Shown here: piece by piece, positions 18,480 to 28,189 of the stretch
How positions within the stretch are numbered: the stretch's first letter is position 1
Layout: every line of letters begins with the position of its first letter
Source: Spirochaetota bacterium
Lineage (GTDB): Bacteria > Spirochaetota > UBA4802 > UBA5550
Length of the DNA: 64,000 nt
Assembly: GCA_017999915.1 (NCBI GenBank)
Contig: JAGNKX010000001.1
Span: forward strand, 691,440-755,439
Reading direction: 5' to 3'
Translations under genes and position numbers: made by a program
The notes under the pieces: generated by a model
Told to the model about the DNA's origin: nothing
The model's database searches: none
The model's input: the letters and a program-made list of their open reading frames with translations, nothing else

Positions 18480-21122
18480 ATGGTATCAATGAAACGTATC
18501 GTTGTTGCAATTATTGTCTTGATGTGCTGGACCGCGTCGGAAGGGGCCAAGCCGTACCGGGGTAGAAAGATCAACCTTTTCGGCAATTCGGCTGAGTCCC
18601 TCGCCCGGGCCGGGACGGGTGTGACATCGTCAGGGACCGAGCAGTTTTATCTGAATCCCGCCTCCATCGCCGATTCCGAGCGGATCGGGGCAAGCTTCCA
18701 GTACGGGTCCCTTCCATTGCCCACGAAATACTACGATGGCGGATTTTCCCTGGCCGTACCGACCTCATACGGCGTATTCGGGGGTTTCTTCCGATACATG
18801 AAGTTCCCCGGCAGCGCCATTGATATCAAGGAAGGCTACAGCGTGAGCGTGGGAAGCGCCCGTGACCTGACGAGGCAGCTGATGCTGGGCTTTTCCCTGA
18901 ATTTTGTATACGGGAAGAACGGCGGAAAATCGTTTTACACCGGCGGGAATCTCGGGTTCATTTATAAATTCCCCGGCACGGCAGCGCGCTACGGCTTCTG
19001 TATCCATGACCCGCGGATAGGTTTTTCTGTCAATTTCGGGTATCCCTTTGGCAGCCATCGCAGCTATGCGGATATGAATGCCATCACCCTCGGTTACAGC
19101 TTCAAGTTTTTCCATATCAAGCAGTTCTCGCTTGGATTATATAATGATTTCACGGTGCTCAATTATCGGGACTTCCCTCTTAAATTCGGCATTGAATCGG
19201 AGATCTTCAATATTCTTATCATCAGGGGGGGCTATGTGATCCCCCATGCCTATAACAGCGGAAACTTCACCACAGGATTCGGTCTGAAAATCGATACGGA
19301 GAGTTTCAAGGGCTCCCTGAATTATGCCCTCAACTTTTATCCAAACATGAAGTACACCCATTATATCGGCGTCAATTTTGAATATGGCAAACTGGACCGG
19401 GAACCTCCCGAAACGGAGATCGGGGCGGATAAAAACGATATCTCTCCCAATCATGACGGGTCGAAAGACTACGTCCTGTTCAATCTCAGCGTCTTTGACA
19501 GGAGCAGGATAAAGGGATGGAAGCTCCAGATCATGGATGCCGGATCCCAGATCATCAAGGATTATTCCATATCGGAACGGGACATCAGCGACCGGCTCTC
19601 CGCACAGGAATTTTTTAAAAGGCTTTTTAAAAAGCGTGAATCGATGGTCGTTCCCGAAAGGATTATCTGGGATGGCACCGATGTGAAAGGGAAAACCGTG
19701 CCCGACGGCAGATATGGCTATTCCTTTACGGCATGGGATGAAAAGGACAATATTGCGGCCACGAAATCAGGTTATGTCTATGTTGACAATACTCCACCCG
19801 AGGTTGTCCTGGAAAAAAGCGACGATCTGTTTTCGCCCAATAAGGATGGCAGGAAGGATATCTATACGATTGTGCAGAAAATAAAATCATCGCCCGAGGA
19901 TGAATGGTCTGCCTGTTTTAAAGATTCACAGGGGAATGTGGTCAAGAAATACAGCTGGGCAGGCAATGCCGTGCCGGCCCGTGTCGTATGGGACGGGAAG
20001 ACCGATTCAGGCGATGACGCTCCCGAGGGCCTGTACAGCTATTCCATCTCCTGCGCTGATAATGCCGGCAACAGGGCCCATGCGGACATCAACTCCATCA
20101 CGCTTACCCGTAAATATGAGATCGCCGACATCACCCTGACACCGGAGTATTTTTCTTTCGCCAAAGAGACGCCCTTGAAAATATTCCCGGCCCTGTCAAG
20201 CACGCACGGCCTCGTGGAGTGGAAAATCCTCATACAGAATGCGGGAATGAAGATTATAAAAGAAATCAGCGGGACGAATTCGATCGACAAGATGCTGACC
20301 TATGATTGCACCGACAAGGACGGGGCGCGTCTCAATGACGGCGTGTATTATGTCAGGTTCATCGCCGTGTTCAAGAGCGGCAACACGCCTGAGTCCTTTA
20401 ACAAGATGTTTACCGTGGACAGCACCCCGCCGAAGCTTTCGGTATCTCATTCGCCCTCCCTGTTTTCGCCTGACGGGGACCGTGAAAACGACCTGTTGAA
20501 GATTGAGCCATGGGCGAAAGACAGCACGGGGATTAAAAGCTGGAGGATCATCGTCTATGATTCATCCGGTGAATCCTTCAAGACATTCTCCGGCAACGGC
20601 GCCGTTCCCGGGGAGATTCTCTGGGACGGTCTCGGGGACACCCTGGACATCGTCGAATCAGCCGCTGATTACACCATCGTTCTCGAAGCCACGGACATGG
20701 CCGGGAACAGGGGGGTATCCTCTCCGGACCGTCTGGAAGTGGACGTGCTGGTCCTGGTAACCGAGCGGGGGCTGAAAATAAGAATCAGCAATATCGAATT
20801 TCCCTTCGGCAGCAATGAAATCAAGTACAAGGGAAAGGTGATCCTTGACCGGGTCTTTCAGATACTGCAGAAGTATGAGAGCTATGACGTCCTCATCGAG
20901 GGACATACCGACGACATCGGCAAGGAAGAGTACAACCTCGAGCTCTCGGAGCGAAGGGCAAAAGCGGTGAACGACTATCTTCTGGGAAGGGGTATACCTC
21001 CTGACCGGCTGAAATATGTGGGAATGGGGGAGACGGTGCCGCTCTATCCCAATGACAGCGATGAGCATCGGCGGCGCAACCGCCGTGTTGAATTCATGCT
21101 GATCAAAAGGGTCGCCGAATAA
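18480..21122 (+). CDS. OmpA-family outer membrane protein: N-terminal beta-barrel (PorP/SprF-like FYLNPA motif), tandem FlgD-Ig-like repeats, and a C-terminal OmpA/MotB peptidoglycan-binding domain.
   Basis: Signal peptide. Repeated motifs SPNHDGSKDY, FSPNKDGRKD and FSPDGDREND. C-terminal GHTDDIG...NRRVEF, typical of OmpA_C. Confidence 0.8.
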   Translation: MVSMKRIVVAIIVLMCWTASEGAKPYRGRKINLFGNSAESLARAGTGVTSSGTEQFYLNPASIADSERIGASFQYGSLPLPTKYYDGGFSLAVPTSYGVFGGFFRYMKFPGSAIDIKEGYSVSVGSARDLTRQLMLGFSLNFVYGKNGGKSFYTGGNLGFIYKFPGTAARYGFCIHDPRIGFSVNFGYPFGSHRSYADMNAITLGYSFKFFHIKQFSLGLYNDFTVLNYRDFPLKFGIESEIFNILIIRGGYVIPHAYNSGNFTTGFGLKIDTESFKGSLNYALNFYPNMKYTHYIGVNFEYGKLDREPPETEIGADKNDISPNHDGSKDYVLFNLSVFDRSRIKGWKLQIMDAGSQIIKDYSISERDISDRLSAQEFFKRLFKKRESMVVPERIIWDGTDVKGKTVPDGRYGYSFTAWDEKDNIAATKSGYVYVDNTPPEVVLEKSDDLFSPNKDGRKDIYTIVQKIKSSPEDEWSACFKDSQGNVVKKYSWAGNAVPARVVWDGKTDSGDDAPEGLYSYSISCADNAGNRAHADINSITLTRKYEIADITLTPEYFSFAKETPLKIFPALSSTHGLVEWKILIQNAGMKIIKEISGTNSIDKMLTYDCTDKDGARLNDGVYYVRFIAVFKSGNTPESFNKMFTVDSTPPKLSVSHSPSLFSPDGDRENDLLKIEPWAKDSTGIKSWRIIVYDSSGESFKTFSGNGAVPGEILWDGLGDTLDIVESAADYTIVLEATDMAGNRGVSSPDRLEVDVLVLVTERGLKIRISNIEFPFGSNEIKYKGKVILDRVFQILQKYESYDVLIEGHTDDIGKEEYNLELSERRAKAVNDYLLGRGIPPDRLKYVGMGETVPLYPNDSDEHRRRNRRVEFMLIKRVAE

Positions 21123-21904
21123 TGTACCTGGTCTTTTCCGACCTGGACGGCACGCTTCTTGATCATGACACCTATGAGTATCATGGAGCCCGGGAAGGAC
21201 TGGCCCTTTTGAAACGGCGCGCCGTTCCTCTCATCCTGGTTTCCAGTAAGACGCTGGTGGAGATGGAAACCCTGCACCATGAGTTGAATCTGGAGGGGCC
21301 CTTTATATTTGAAAACGGCGGCGGTATTGTGTGGCCCGAAGCAAGGAAAGACCCCGAATATATCGGGACGGCCGCTTCTGAGCTGAAGGAAAAGAGAACG
21401 GTCCTTGAAGCGCTCCTGGGAGAGACGGTCCTGTTCATCACGGACATGGACGTTGAAGAGATAATGAAATGTACCGGACTTTCCAGAGAAAGGGCGCTCC
21501 TGTCAAGGAAGCGATTGACATCCCTTCCCTTCCTTGTACCATCAGGAAGAAACATTTCCGGGGAAGATCTGGAGAGGATCAATGGCGATTTGATCAGGAT
21601 GGGTTTGTCGATAACAAAGGGCGGCCGGTTCTACCATTTCCTCTCGGCAAGGTCGGACAAAGGATCGGCTATAATGCGGGTTATTGATTATTACAGGGAT
21701 AGACATGTAGCCGGGATCGTGACAATCGGCATCGGGGACAACGAAAATGACGTTCCCATGTTCAGGGTCGTGGATATTCCCGTTGCGGTAAGACGAAAGG
21801 ACGGAACAATAATCGGGACTGCCATGGACAATATCAGAAAAATGAAGGGAACGGGACCGGAAGGCTTCAGTAAGGCGATCCTGTCTATCATCGGCGATAA
21901 TTGA
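21122..21904 (+). CDS. HAD-IIB hydrolase, mannosyl-/glucosyl-3-phosphoglycerate phosphatase-like (YedP/MpgP family).
   Basis: N-terminal LVFSDLDGTLLDHDTYEY and SSKT motif, closely resembling the MPGP family. The ATG overlaps the upstream TAA. Confidence 0.8.
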   Translation: MYLVFSDLDGTLLDHDTYEYHGAREGLALLKRRAVPLILVSSKTLVEMETLHHELNLEGPFIFENGGGIVWPEARKDPEYIGTAASELKEKRTVLEALLGETVLFITDMDVEEIMKCTGLSRERALLSRKRLTSLPFLVPSGRNISGEDLERINGDLIRMGLSITKGGRFYHFLSARSDKGSAIMRVIDYYRDRHVAGIVTIGIGDNENDVPMFRVVDIPVAVRRKDGTIIGTAMDNIRKMKGTGPEGFSKAILSIIGDN

Positions 21905-21990
21905 TGGTACGCGCATTTGTGACCGCATACCTGTCATGACGATGCAAAGGTAATAGTTACCCAATAATATTACGGAATAAAGGAAGATCC

Positions 21991-22449
21991 ATGAAATCTC
22001 TCATAAACGCTCTCATTGGCGTAATCACATGGGTGTTCAATGTGTTAAGGCAACTGTGCCGCAAGCTGCTTGAACATTTCATGGAGATTAACATATGCGA
22101 AAAAGCGATAGTGATCAGCACCATCATCGCCTTTGCGGCCGTGGTCGCTCCCATGGCGCGGTACCGCATATTTGATGTTTATTTTTACATCAATAACCCG
22201 ATTGCCCATTATATGGTGGGGATCGTTCTGGTCATGATCGTTACCGTATACATCCCGGGCCTTATTGCCATGGCAATTCGTGTCATCCTGAATATTCTGT
22301 ACCTGGTTGATGTTATCTACCTTCAGGCAGCTCATGAAATCAGCAAGGCGCCCTACGAAGTGACAGTGGGGTATTATTTGAATATTATCATTGCCCTGGT
22401 CTATATCGTGCTTTCGCTGGGAAGCTTTTTTCTTTTTCGTGAATCTTAG
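21991..22449 (+). CDS. Hypothetical membrane protein.
   Basis: 152 aa with 3-4 hydrophobic helices. No recognisable motifs. Confidence 0.45.
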   Translation: MKSLINALIGVITWVFNVLRQLCRKLLEHFMEINICEKAIVISTIIAFAAVVAPMARYRIFDVYFYINNPIAHYMVGIVLVMIVTVYIPGLIAMAIRVILNILYLVDVIYLQAAHEISKAPYEVTVGYYLNIIIALVYIVLSLGSFFLFRES

Positions 22450-22715
22450 TTATGAAGATATTCAATGTCTACAAGGGGCAGAACGCCGGTACCTTCTTCT
22501 TTTTACAGTTCCGTAAAATTTTTGTAACATGAAAAAAATCGACATTATCTGATAAATTAAATGGTAGATTTGATACAGTCGATCGGCATGTAGTATGGTA
22601 ACCTGGTCATTTGGTTTATTTGAAATTTTGATGTGCATCATATTCCTGAGGTTTTATGTGTCATTTTCAGGAAATCGAACACTATAAAATATTCTTATAT
22701 ATTAAGGAGAATTCC

Positions 22716-24590
22716 ATGACAAAACACAAATTTCAGACAGAGGTCAACCAGCTTCTGCATCTTATAATTCACTCTCTCTATTCGCACAAGGAGATATTCC
22801 TGCGCGAGCTCATTTCAAACGCTTCTGATGCCCTTGACCGGCTCAAATACCTGACCCTCACGGATGAGGCCTACAAGGGCATGGATTTTGAGCCCCGGAT
22901 CGACATTTATTTCGAAGATAAAAAAGAAAAGACACTGACCATAGCCGATTCCGGCATCGGGATGAGCGACCATGACCTGGAGGAGAACCTGGGCACCATC
23001 GCCCGGTCCGGGACCAGGGGGTTCGTCGAGCAGCTCACCGGGGACGCCCGCAAGGATTCCAACCTGATAGGCCAATTTGGCGTCGGATTTTATTCCTCCT
23101 TCATGGTGGCCGATAAGGTGGAGGTCATCAGCAGAAAGGCGGGTGAGGACAAGGCGTACAAGTGGACCAGCGACGGGAAAGGCGAATATGATATCCAGGA
23201 CGCGGAACGGGAAACCCAGGGAACGTCCGTCACCCTCTACCTGAACAAGGAAGGGGAGGAATACGCCAGCCGGTATCAGATAGACACGGTCATTAAGAAA
23301 TATTCAAACCACATACCCTTCCCGATATTTCTGCACTATGAAAGCACGCGGTACGAAGGGGAAGACGACAAGAAAAAGGAAATAAAGGAGCCGAAGACCG
23401 ACCAGATCAACGCGGCGTCGGCCCTATGGAAAAGGCCCAAGTCGGAGCTCAAGGACGACGATTACAACGAGTTTTACAAATCCATTTCCCACGACATGGA
23501 CGAGCCGCTGCTTCGGATCCATACCCACGCAGAGGGAAAACTCGATTACACGACCCTGTTCTTCATACCGAAACACGCCCCCTTCGATCTCTTCAGGGCC
23601 GACTACCAGGCGGGAATTAAACTGTATGTGAAACGGGTATTCATCACCGACGATGACAAGGAGCTGATGCCGGTGTACCTCCGCTTCGTCCGGGGGGTGA
23701 TCGATTCGGAGGACCTGCCGCTGAACGTCAGCAGGGAGATCCTCCAGCAGAACCGCGTGCTGGCGAAGATAAAGACCTCGTCGGTGAAGCGGATCCTGGA
23801 TGAGCTGTCGAAGCTCCAGAAAAGCGATCGGGAAAAATACAATGAGTTCTACAGGGAATTCGGCATACCCGTCAAGGAAGGCCTCTACCAGGACATGGAA
23901 AACCGTGAAAAAATCCTGGAGCTGGTGATGTACAAGTCCACCTCGGTAGATGGGTACACGACCCTCGATGAGTACAAGGACCGGATGAAGCCGGACCAGG
24001 ACGCCATCTACTATATTACCGGCGCCAAGGAGGGGAACCTGAGAAATTCACCGCTCCTGGAAATGTATAAGAACAAGGACATAGAAGTGCTCGTCATGGA
24101 TGACGAGGTCGATGATATCATCATTGCCTCTGTGCCGAAATTCAAGGACATAAACCTCAAATCGGTGAACCGGAGCGACGCGGCCGAAAGCCTGAAGAGC
24201 GAGGAGGACAAGCAAAAAGAGAAGGAGATAGAGCCGCTCATCAAGAAGATCAAGGACGTCTTGGGAGAGGAGGTCAAGGACGTGAAGGCGAGCACGCGCC
24301 TCAGCGATTCCCCGTCCTGCATCGTGGCTGATGAAAGCGACCCGACCGTGCAGATGCAGCACCTGCTCAAGGCCATGGGGCAGAAGAACATGCCAGATTT
24401 CAAGCCGATACTGGAGATCAACCCGGAGCATGAGATAATAAAGAAGCTGGAAACCGCTGATGATAAGGCCGTCGTCGAGGACATCAGCCATCTCCTCCTC
24501 GAACAGGCCCTTCTCATCGAGGGGGTTGAATTGAAAAGCCCCAGCGAGTTCGTGAAGCGGCTGAACCGCGTCATGGGCAAGGCGCTATAA
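22716..24590 (+). CDS. htpG: Molecular chaperone HtpG (Hsp90).
   Basis: HKEIFLRELISNASDALDK-type N-terminal ATPase motif and about 625 aa. I place the start at ATG 22716, preceded by AAGGAGAA. The ORF-track start at 22656 lacks an RBS. Confidence 0.92.
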   Translation: MTKHKFQTEVNQLLHLIIHSLYSHKEIFLRELISNASDALDRLKYLTLTDEAYKGMDFEPRIDIYFEDKKEKTLTIADSGIGMSDHDLEENLGTIARSGTRGFVEQLTGDARKDSNLIGQFGVGFYSSFMVADKVEVISRKAGEDKAYKWTSDGKGEYDIQDAERETQGTSVTLYLNKEGEEYASRYQIDTVIKKYSNHIPFPIFLHYESTRYEGEDDKKKEIKEPKTDQINAASALWKRPKSELKDDDYNEFYKSISHDMDEPLLRIHTHAEGKLDYTTLFFIPKHAPFDLFRADYQAGIKLYVKRVFITDDDKELMPVYLRFVRGVIDSEDLPLNVSREILQQNRVLAKIKTSSVKRILDELSKLQKSDREKYNEFYREFGIPVKEGLYQDMENREKILELVMYKSTSVDGYTTLDEYKDRMKPDQDAIYYITGAKEGNLRNSPLLEMYKNKDIEVLVMDDEVDDIIIASVPKFKDINLKSVNRSDAAESLKSEEDKQKEKEIEPLIKKIKDVLGEEVKDVKASTRLSDSPSCIVADESDPTVQMQHLLKAMGQKNMPDFKPILEINPEHEIIKKLETADDKAVVEDISHLLLEQALLIEGVELKSPSEFVKRLNRVMGKAL

Positions 24591-24680
24591 CAAGTAACCG
24601 GTATTGAATTCAATGGTAAGTCTTTACGGATAGGGCTCAATAGCGTATATAACGAAAATAATAAAAAGATCAAGAGATAA

Positions 24681-24711
24681 AAAAAGACGGCCCAACGGGC
24701 CGTCTTTTTTT
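24681..24711. terminator. Bidirectional rho-independent terminator (AAAAAGACGGCCC-aac-GGGCCGTCTTTTTTT) between the convergent htpG and the outer-membrane protein gene.
   Basis: Perfect GC-rich hairpin flanked by A5 and T7 tracts. Confidence 0.75.
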
Positions 24712-24730
24712 ATCAATTTGTTTTTGATAG

Positions 24731-26236
24731 TTAGAAGGTGAAGGCAGCGGAAGTATGGTACCGGTGATCGATGGCGCTGCCAAGATCGCCTTTCCATTTG
24801 GTCTGGTGGCGGGCATATTCAAATCCGACCCAGACATAGTCATTGAGGAACCACTGTGCCGATCCATTGATTGTTTCGTTCCAGAGGATATTGCCGAAGG
24901 CGATATTCCTGGTGTTGCTTTTCATGCTTCCGCCGTAACCGGCTACCAGCAGGATCGGAATCGGGCCGATCTTTCTCAGGTCGAACTGAACCTGGGCATA
25001 GCCGCCCTGCATCTTTACGCCGAGAATTTTTGTGCTCGAGAGATTCTCAACAGTGCCCTGGCCAAGGCCGCAGGTGAAGGAGTCCATGTTGACGCCGCGC
25101 CAGTACGCGCCGACGAAGGTGACAAGGGATATTTGGATTTTTCCGAAAGCATGAGCCGCATAGGACCTTGTCAGCCGTGCCCATCTCTGGTTTAACAGCG
25201 CGGCTTGAACGGCAGTAATGGGAGCGCCGGTTCCCCAGAGATTCCTGTTTGCTATGTTGTTAAAAGTCAAGGGGTGTCTTTCCCACTGATAATGGCCGCT
25301 GCCTCCCAGTGTCATGCTGAATATATCGTTCGGCTTTATTGTGAAGTAGAGGCGGGCGCGACCGCCGGGGAGCTTGCTTGCCTCGCCGGGTCCGCGGTTG
25401 TCAGCCTGGCCGCCATTAACGCCGGGATACAGGTCGGTGGCTGTGCCGGTATCGGCGCCGCTCAAGACCCGCGCCGCGGCCAGGTCCAGCACTAAATTGT
25501 AATTGTCATTGCCGAATTTCTGGCCGAACCATATCATCGGCTCCCGGATAAAGATGTTGCCGTTCTCGCCGTAAGGAACGTAGGTCAGGGTTGCCGGCGC
25601 TGCCGGTATCGACATGGTCACACCCCAGGTCTGGCCGAAAACAAGGTACGCGGAATACATGTCGGTCTTCCAGTCGAGTTGTAAATAACCGTGGCGGATC
25701 ATCGGTATCCCCTGGCGGGCGCCGGAACCGGAAACGGCTGTGCCGCCCCAGAAGTCTATTTCGACGTTTGCCTTTGTGTCAGCTCCGATCGCTTTGGGTC
25801 CGGTGAGGTTGAGGCCCAGGCGGGAGGTGCGCATGTCGATTACAAATGAACCGTCCCTTTGGGCTGCCGTCTTTTTCAATGAAATAAGAGGCGTTCCTAC
25901 GGTACCGGTTGTTAATATGGCGGTAGGCGCAGTAGGATTCAGATAGAGCACCTGGTTCTCAACACGGAACGGTCCTGATTCATTGAAAACATCGTTTGAA
26001 TTGTAAACCATGTCCATCTTGACAAAGCCATAGAGCTGAACTTTAAAATATTCGCCATTGAAGAGCATTATCTTCTCTTTGCCTTTCGGTTTTTCGGCTT
26101 TGACGGGTTCAATCAGTTCTACGCCTTTCTTGTCCTGGGCCTTCTTATCCTGCGGTTTTGCCTGCGCGAACAGGGCGGTTGTTGAAAAAATGAATGCCGC
26201 AAGGAGGAAAAGCCCGAAAATTCGGTTTTTAAGCAT
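24731..26236 (-). CDS. Outer membrane beta-barrel protein (porin-like), hypothetical.
   Basis: Signal peptide, alternating amphipathic beta-strand pattern, and C-terminal aromatic residue (…AFTF). Confidence 0.7.
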   Translation of the reverse strand: MLKNRIFGLFLLAAFIFSTTALFAQAKPQDKKAQDKKGVELIEPVKAEKPKGKEKIMLFNGEYFKVQLYGFVKMDMVYNSNDVFNESGPFRVENQVLYLNPTAPTAILTTGTVGTPLISLKKTAAQRDGSFVIDMRTSRLGLNLTGPKAIGADTKANVEIDFWGGTAVSGSGARQGIPMIRHGYLQLDWKTDMYSAYLVFGQTWGVTMSIPAAPATLTYVPYGENGNIFIREPMIWFGQKFGNDNYNLVLDLAAARVLSGADTGTATDLYPGVNGGQADNRGPGEASKLPGGRARLYFTIKPNDIFSMTLGGSGHYQWERHPLTFNNIANRNLWGTGAPITAVQAALLNQRWARLTRSYAAHAFGKIQISLVTFVGAYWRGVNMDSFTCGLGQGTVENLSSTKILGVKMQGGYAQVQFDLRKIGPIPILLVAGYGGSMKSNTRNIAFGNILWNETINGSAQWFLNDYVWVGFEYARHQTKWKGDLGSAIDHRYHTSAAFTF

Positions 26237-26424
26237 AAATAATCCTCCAAAAAATTTTTATATTTGATGTTCCAAATCAGCTAAAATAAATCAAACATTT
26301 TTTTGTAACAAACATTTTTATTTAAGCGGGATTATACATATCAATGCAAATAAGTAGACTTTGACAAAACCGTGCCAAAAGTGATATTTTGTGATAATAC
26401 TACCGGGGAATCAATCTATGAAAA

Positions 26425-26451
26425 ATAGCCCCTGCAGGGGCTATTTTTTTT
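26425..26451. terminator. Rho-independent terminator (ATAGCCCCTGCAGGGGCTAT followed by T8), overlapping the lipoprotein gene stop.
   Basis: Perfect hairpin flanked by an A-tract and a T-tract. Confidence 0.7.
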
Positions 26452-27088
26452 CCGTTACCTCAAGGCATTTGTCAATTATGGGCATCCATTCTGAATCCCT
26501 GAAATATTTTTTTGTATTCAGGAGAAAATCATTTTCCTGATCCTTTGTGCGTTCAAAGGTGGAATACGTGCCGCAGTAAAAGGTCCCATACATGAAGGAT
26601 TTCAGCAAATTGTAGTAGTGCAGCTGCGCCTTGTCGCCGTTCTGCTCGATGTTCTGGTAAAGATTCTTCATCCTGTTTTCAATGGAAAGCTTGCCGGCAA
26701 AGACGACCTGGTTGGAACCCACGTCTATGACGGTGCTCCTGATGATAGCGGCGTCATAGAAGCTGTTGTAGCTATTGTCGGTCTGGGTGAAAAATGACGC
26801 CACCGCCGCGTATTTTCCCGGCCGGGCGTTGATGAGATAGACATAGTCGCCCCGGGCGTAATTGGATGGTATGATCTTGTTTCCCAGGTTATTCTCGTCC
26901 TTTTCATCAAGCTTGACGAAATATACCGTTTCAGGCTTGTTGTTGAAAATCTTGAGCGTCAAAGTGCGGATTGAAATGCCGATGACCGAGCTGTCCTTCT
27001 CGTCGACGGACCTGAGGTTCTTGGGGAGGCCGCATCCGATCAGTGATAACGAAACGAGTATGAATACGATTTTTTTCATAGGTGCCAT
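26441..27088 (-). CDS. Hypothetical lipoprotein.
   Basis: Lipobox LSLIGC after the signal peptide. 215 aa. Confidence 0.65.
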   Translation of the reverse strand: MAPMKKIVFILVSLSLIGCGLPKNLRSVDEKDSSVIGISIRTLTLKIFNNKPETVYFVKLDEKDENNLGNKIIPSNYARGDYVYLINARPGKYAAVASFFTQTDNSYNSFYDAAIIRSTVIDVGSNQVVFAGKLSIENRMKNLYQNIEQNGDKAQLHYYNLLKSFMYGTFYCGTYSTFERTKDQENDFLLNTKKYFRDSEWMPIIDKCLEVTEKK

Positions 27089-27095
27089 CCTTTCT

Positions 27096-28148
27096 TTATG
27101 AACGCAATATCACCCGATCGCCGGCCAGATCGATTGCCGATCCGATAATACGGGGGGATTCTCCCGATTGTTTCAGCTGCTCCACTGCCCTGTCCGCCTG
27201 TGACCTGTCAACGAAGATCATCATGCCGATCCCCATGTTGAAGGTAGTATACATCTCCCTGTCGCTGACACCGCCCTCTTTCCGGATCAATCTGAAAATG
27301 GGCGGCAATTCAAAGGACGAAAGGTCAATAGTGACGGCGACATTATCCGGCAGGATGCGGGGAATGTTTTCGTAGAAGCCGCCGCCGGTGATGTGGACCA
27401 GGCCCTTGAGCTCAACGCCGGAGGAGATACAGTCGATGATGCTGCGCGTATATATCCTCGTGGGAGTGAGAAGGGCAGAGCCGAGGTCGCTCCCCAGCTC
27501 GTCGATCCTGTCGGCGACACCGCATTTTTTCATGTCGAAGAAGAGCTTTCTCACCATGGAATATCCGTTGGAGTGTATTCCCGACGAGGGGAGGCCGATG
27601 ATAACGTCGCCCGGCGCTATGGTCTTCCCGTTGATGATCTTCTTGCGGTCGACCACGCCCACCGCGAAGCCGGCGATGTCATAATCGTCCGGGGCCATGA
27701 CATTGGGATGCTCGGCGGTCTCGCCTCCCACGAGGCTGCAGTCCGCCTGGCGGCATCCTTCGGCAAGGCCCTTCACGATGTCTACCATGACGTCTTCGAT
27801 GAGGCTGCCGCAGGCGATATAGTCGAGGAAGAACAGGGGCTTCGCCCCGGATACGACGATGTCGTTGACGCACATGGCCACGGCATCGATGCCGATGGTG
27901 TCGTGCTTGCCCATCTGCTGGGCTATTTTCAGCTTCGTGCCCACGCCGTCGGTGCCGGAAACCAGGACCGGATCGGCGTATTCGGGAAAGGAGCCGGAAA
28001 AAAGGGCCCCGAAGCCGCCGATGTCGGTTATCACTCGCTTGGAAAAGGTGGACCGAACGATGGGGGCGATGCGCTTGACGAAATTGTTCCCCCCCTCGAC
28101 ATCAACGCCGGAATCCTTGTATGTTAGACCCATGGTGACCTCGCACAA
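27096..28148 (-). CDS. purM: Phosphoribosylformylglycinamidine cyclo-ligase (AIR synthetase).
   Basis: GLTYKDSGVDVEGGNNFVKRI and the overall PurM N- and C-domain pattern. 350 aa. Confidence 0.9.
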   Translation of the reverse strand: MCEVTMGLTYKDSGVDVEGGNNFVKRIAPIVRSTFSKRVITDIGGFGALFSGSFPEYADPVLVSGTDGVGTKLKIAQQMGKHDTIGIDAVAMCVNDIVVSGAKPLFFLDYIACGSLIEDVMVDIVKGLAEGCRQADCSLVGGETAEHPNVMAPDDYDIAGFAVGVVDRKKIINGKTIAPGDVIIGLPSSGIHSNGYSMVRKLFFDMKKCGVADRIDELGSDLGSALLTPTRIYTRSIIDCISSGVELKGLVHITGGGFYENIPRILPDNVAVTIDLSSFELPPIFRLIRKEGGVSDREMYTTFNMGIGMMIFVDRSQADRAVEQLKQSGESPRIIGSAIDLAGDRVILRS

Positions 28149-28189
28149 TAGTGTGGATTAATAATTGGAACGGGGAATTAAGGCAAGAA

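Noticed and set aside
22450-22715. Heat-shock promoter or CIRCE element upstream of htpG.
   Set aside because: There is no CIRCE inverted repeat. Only a weak TTGAAA…CATATTCC resemblance to a sigma-32 promoter, too degenerate to call.
26300-26400. Forward-strand sigma-70-like TTGACA-N18-TATTTT at about 26358-26392.
   Set aside because: Its orientation would drive transcription into the terminator and the antisense of a minus-strand gene. The adjacent outer-membrane protein gene is on the minus strand, so this is probably chance AT-rich sequence.
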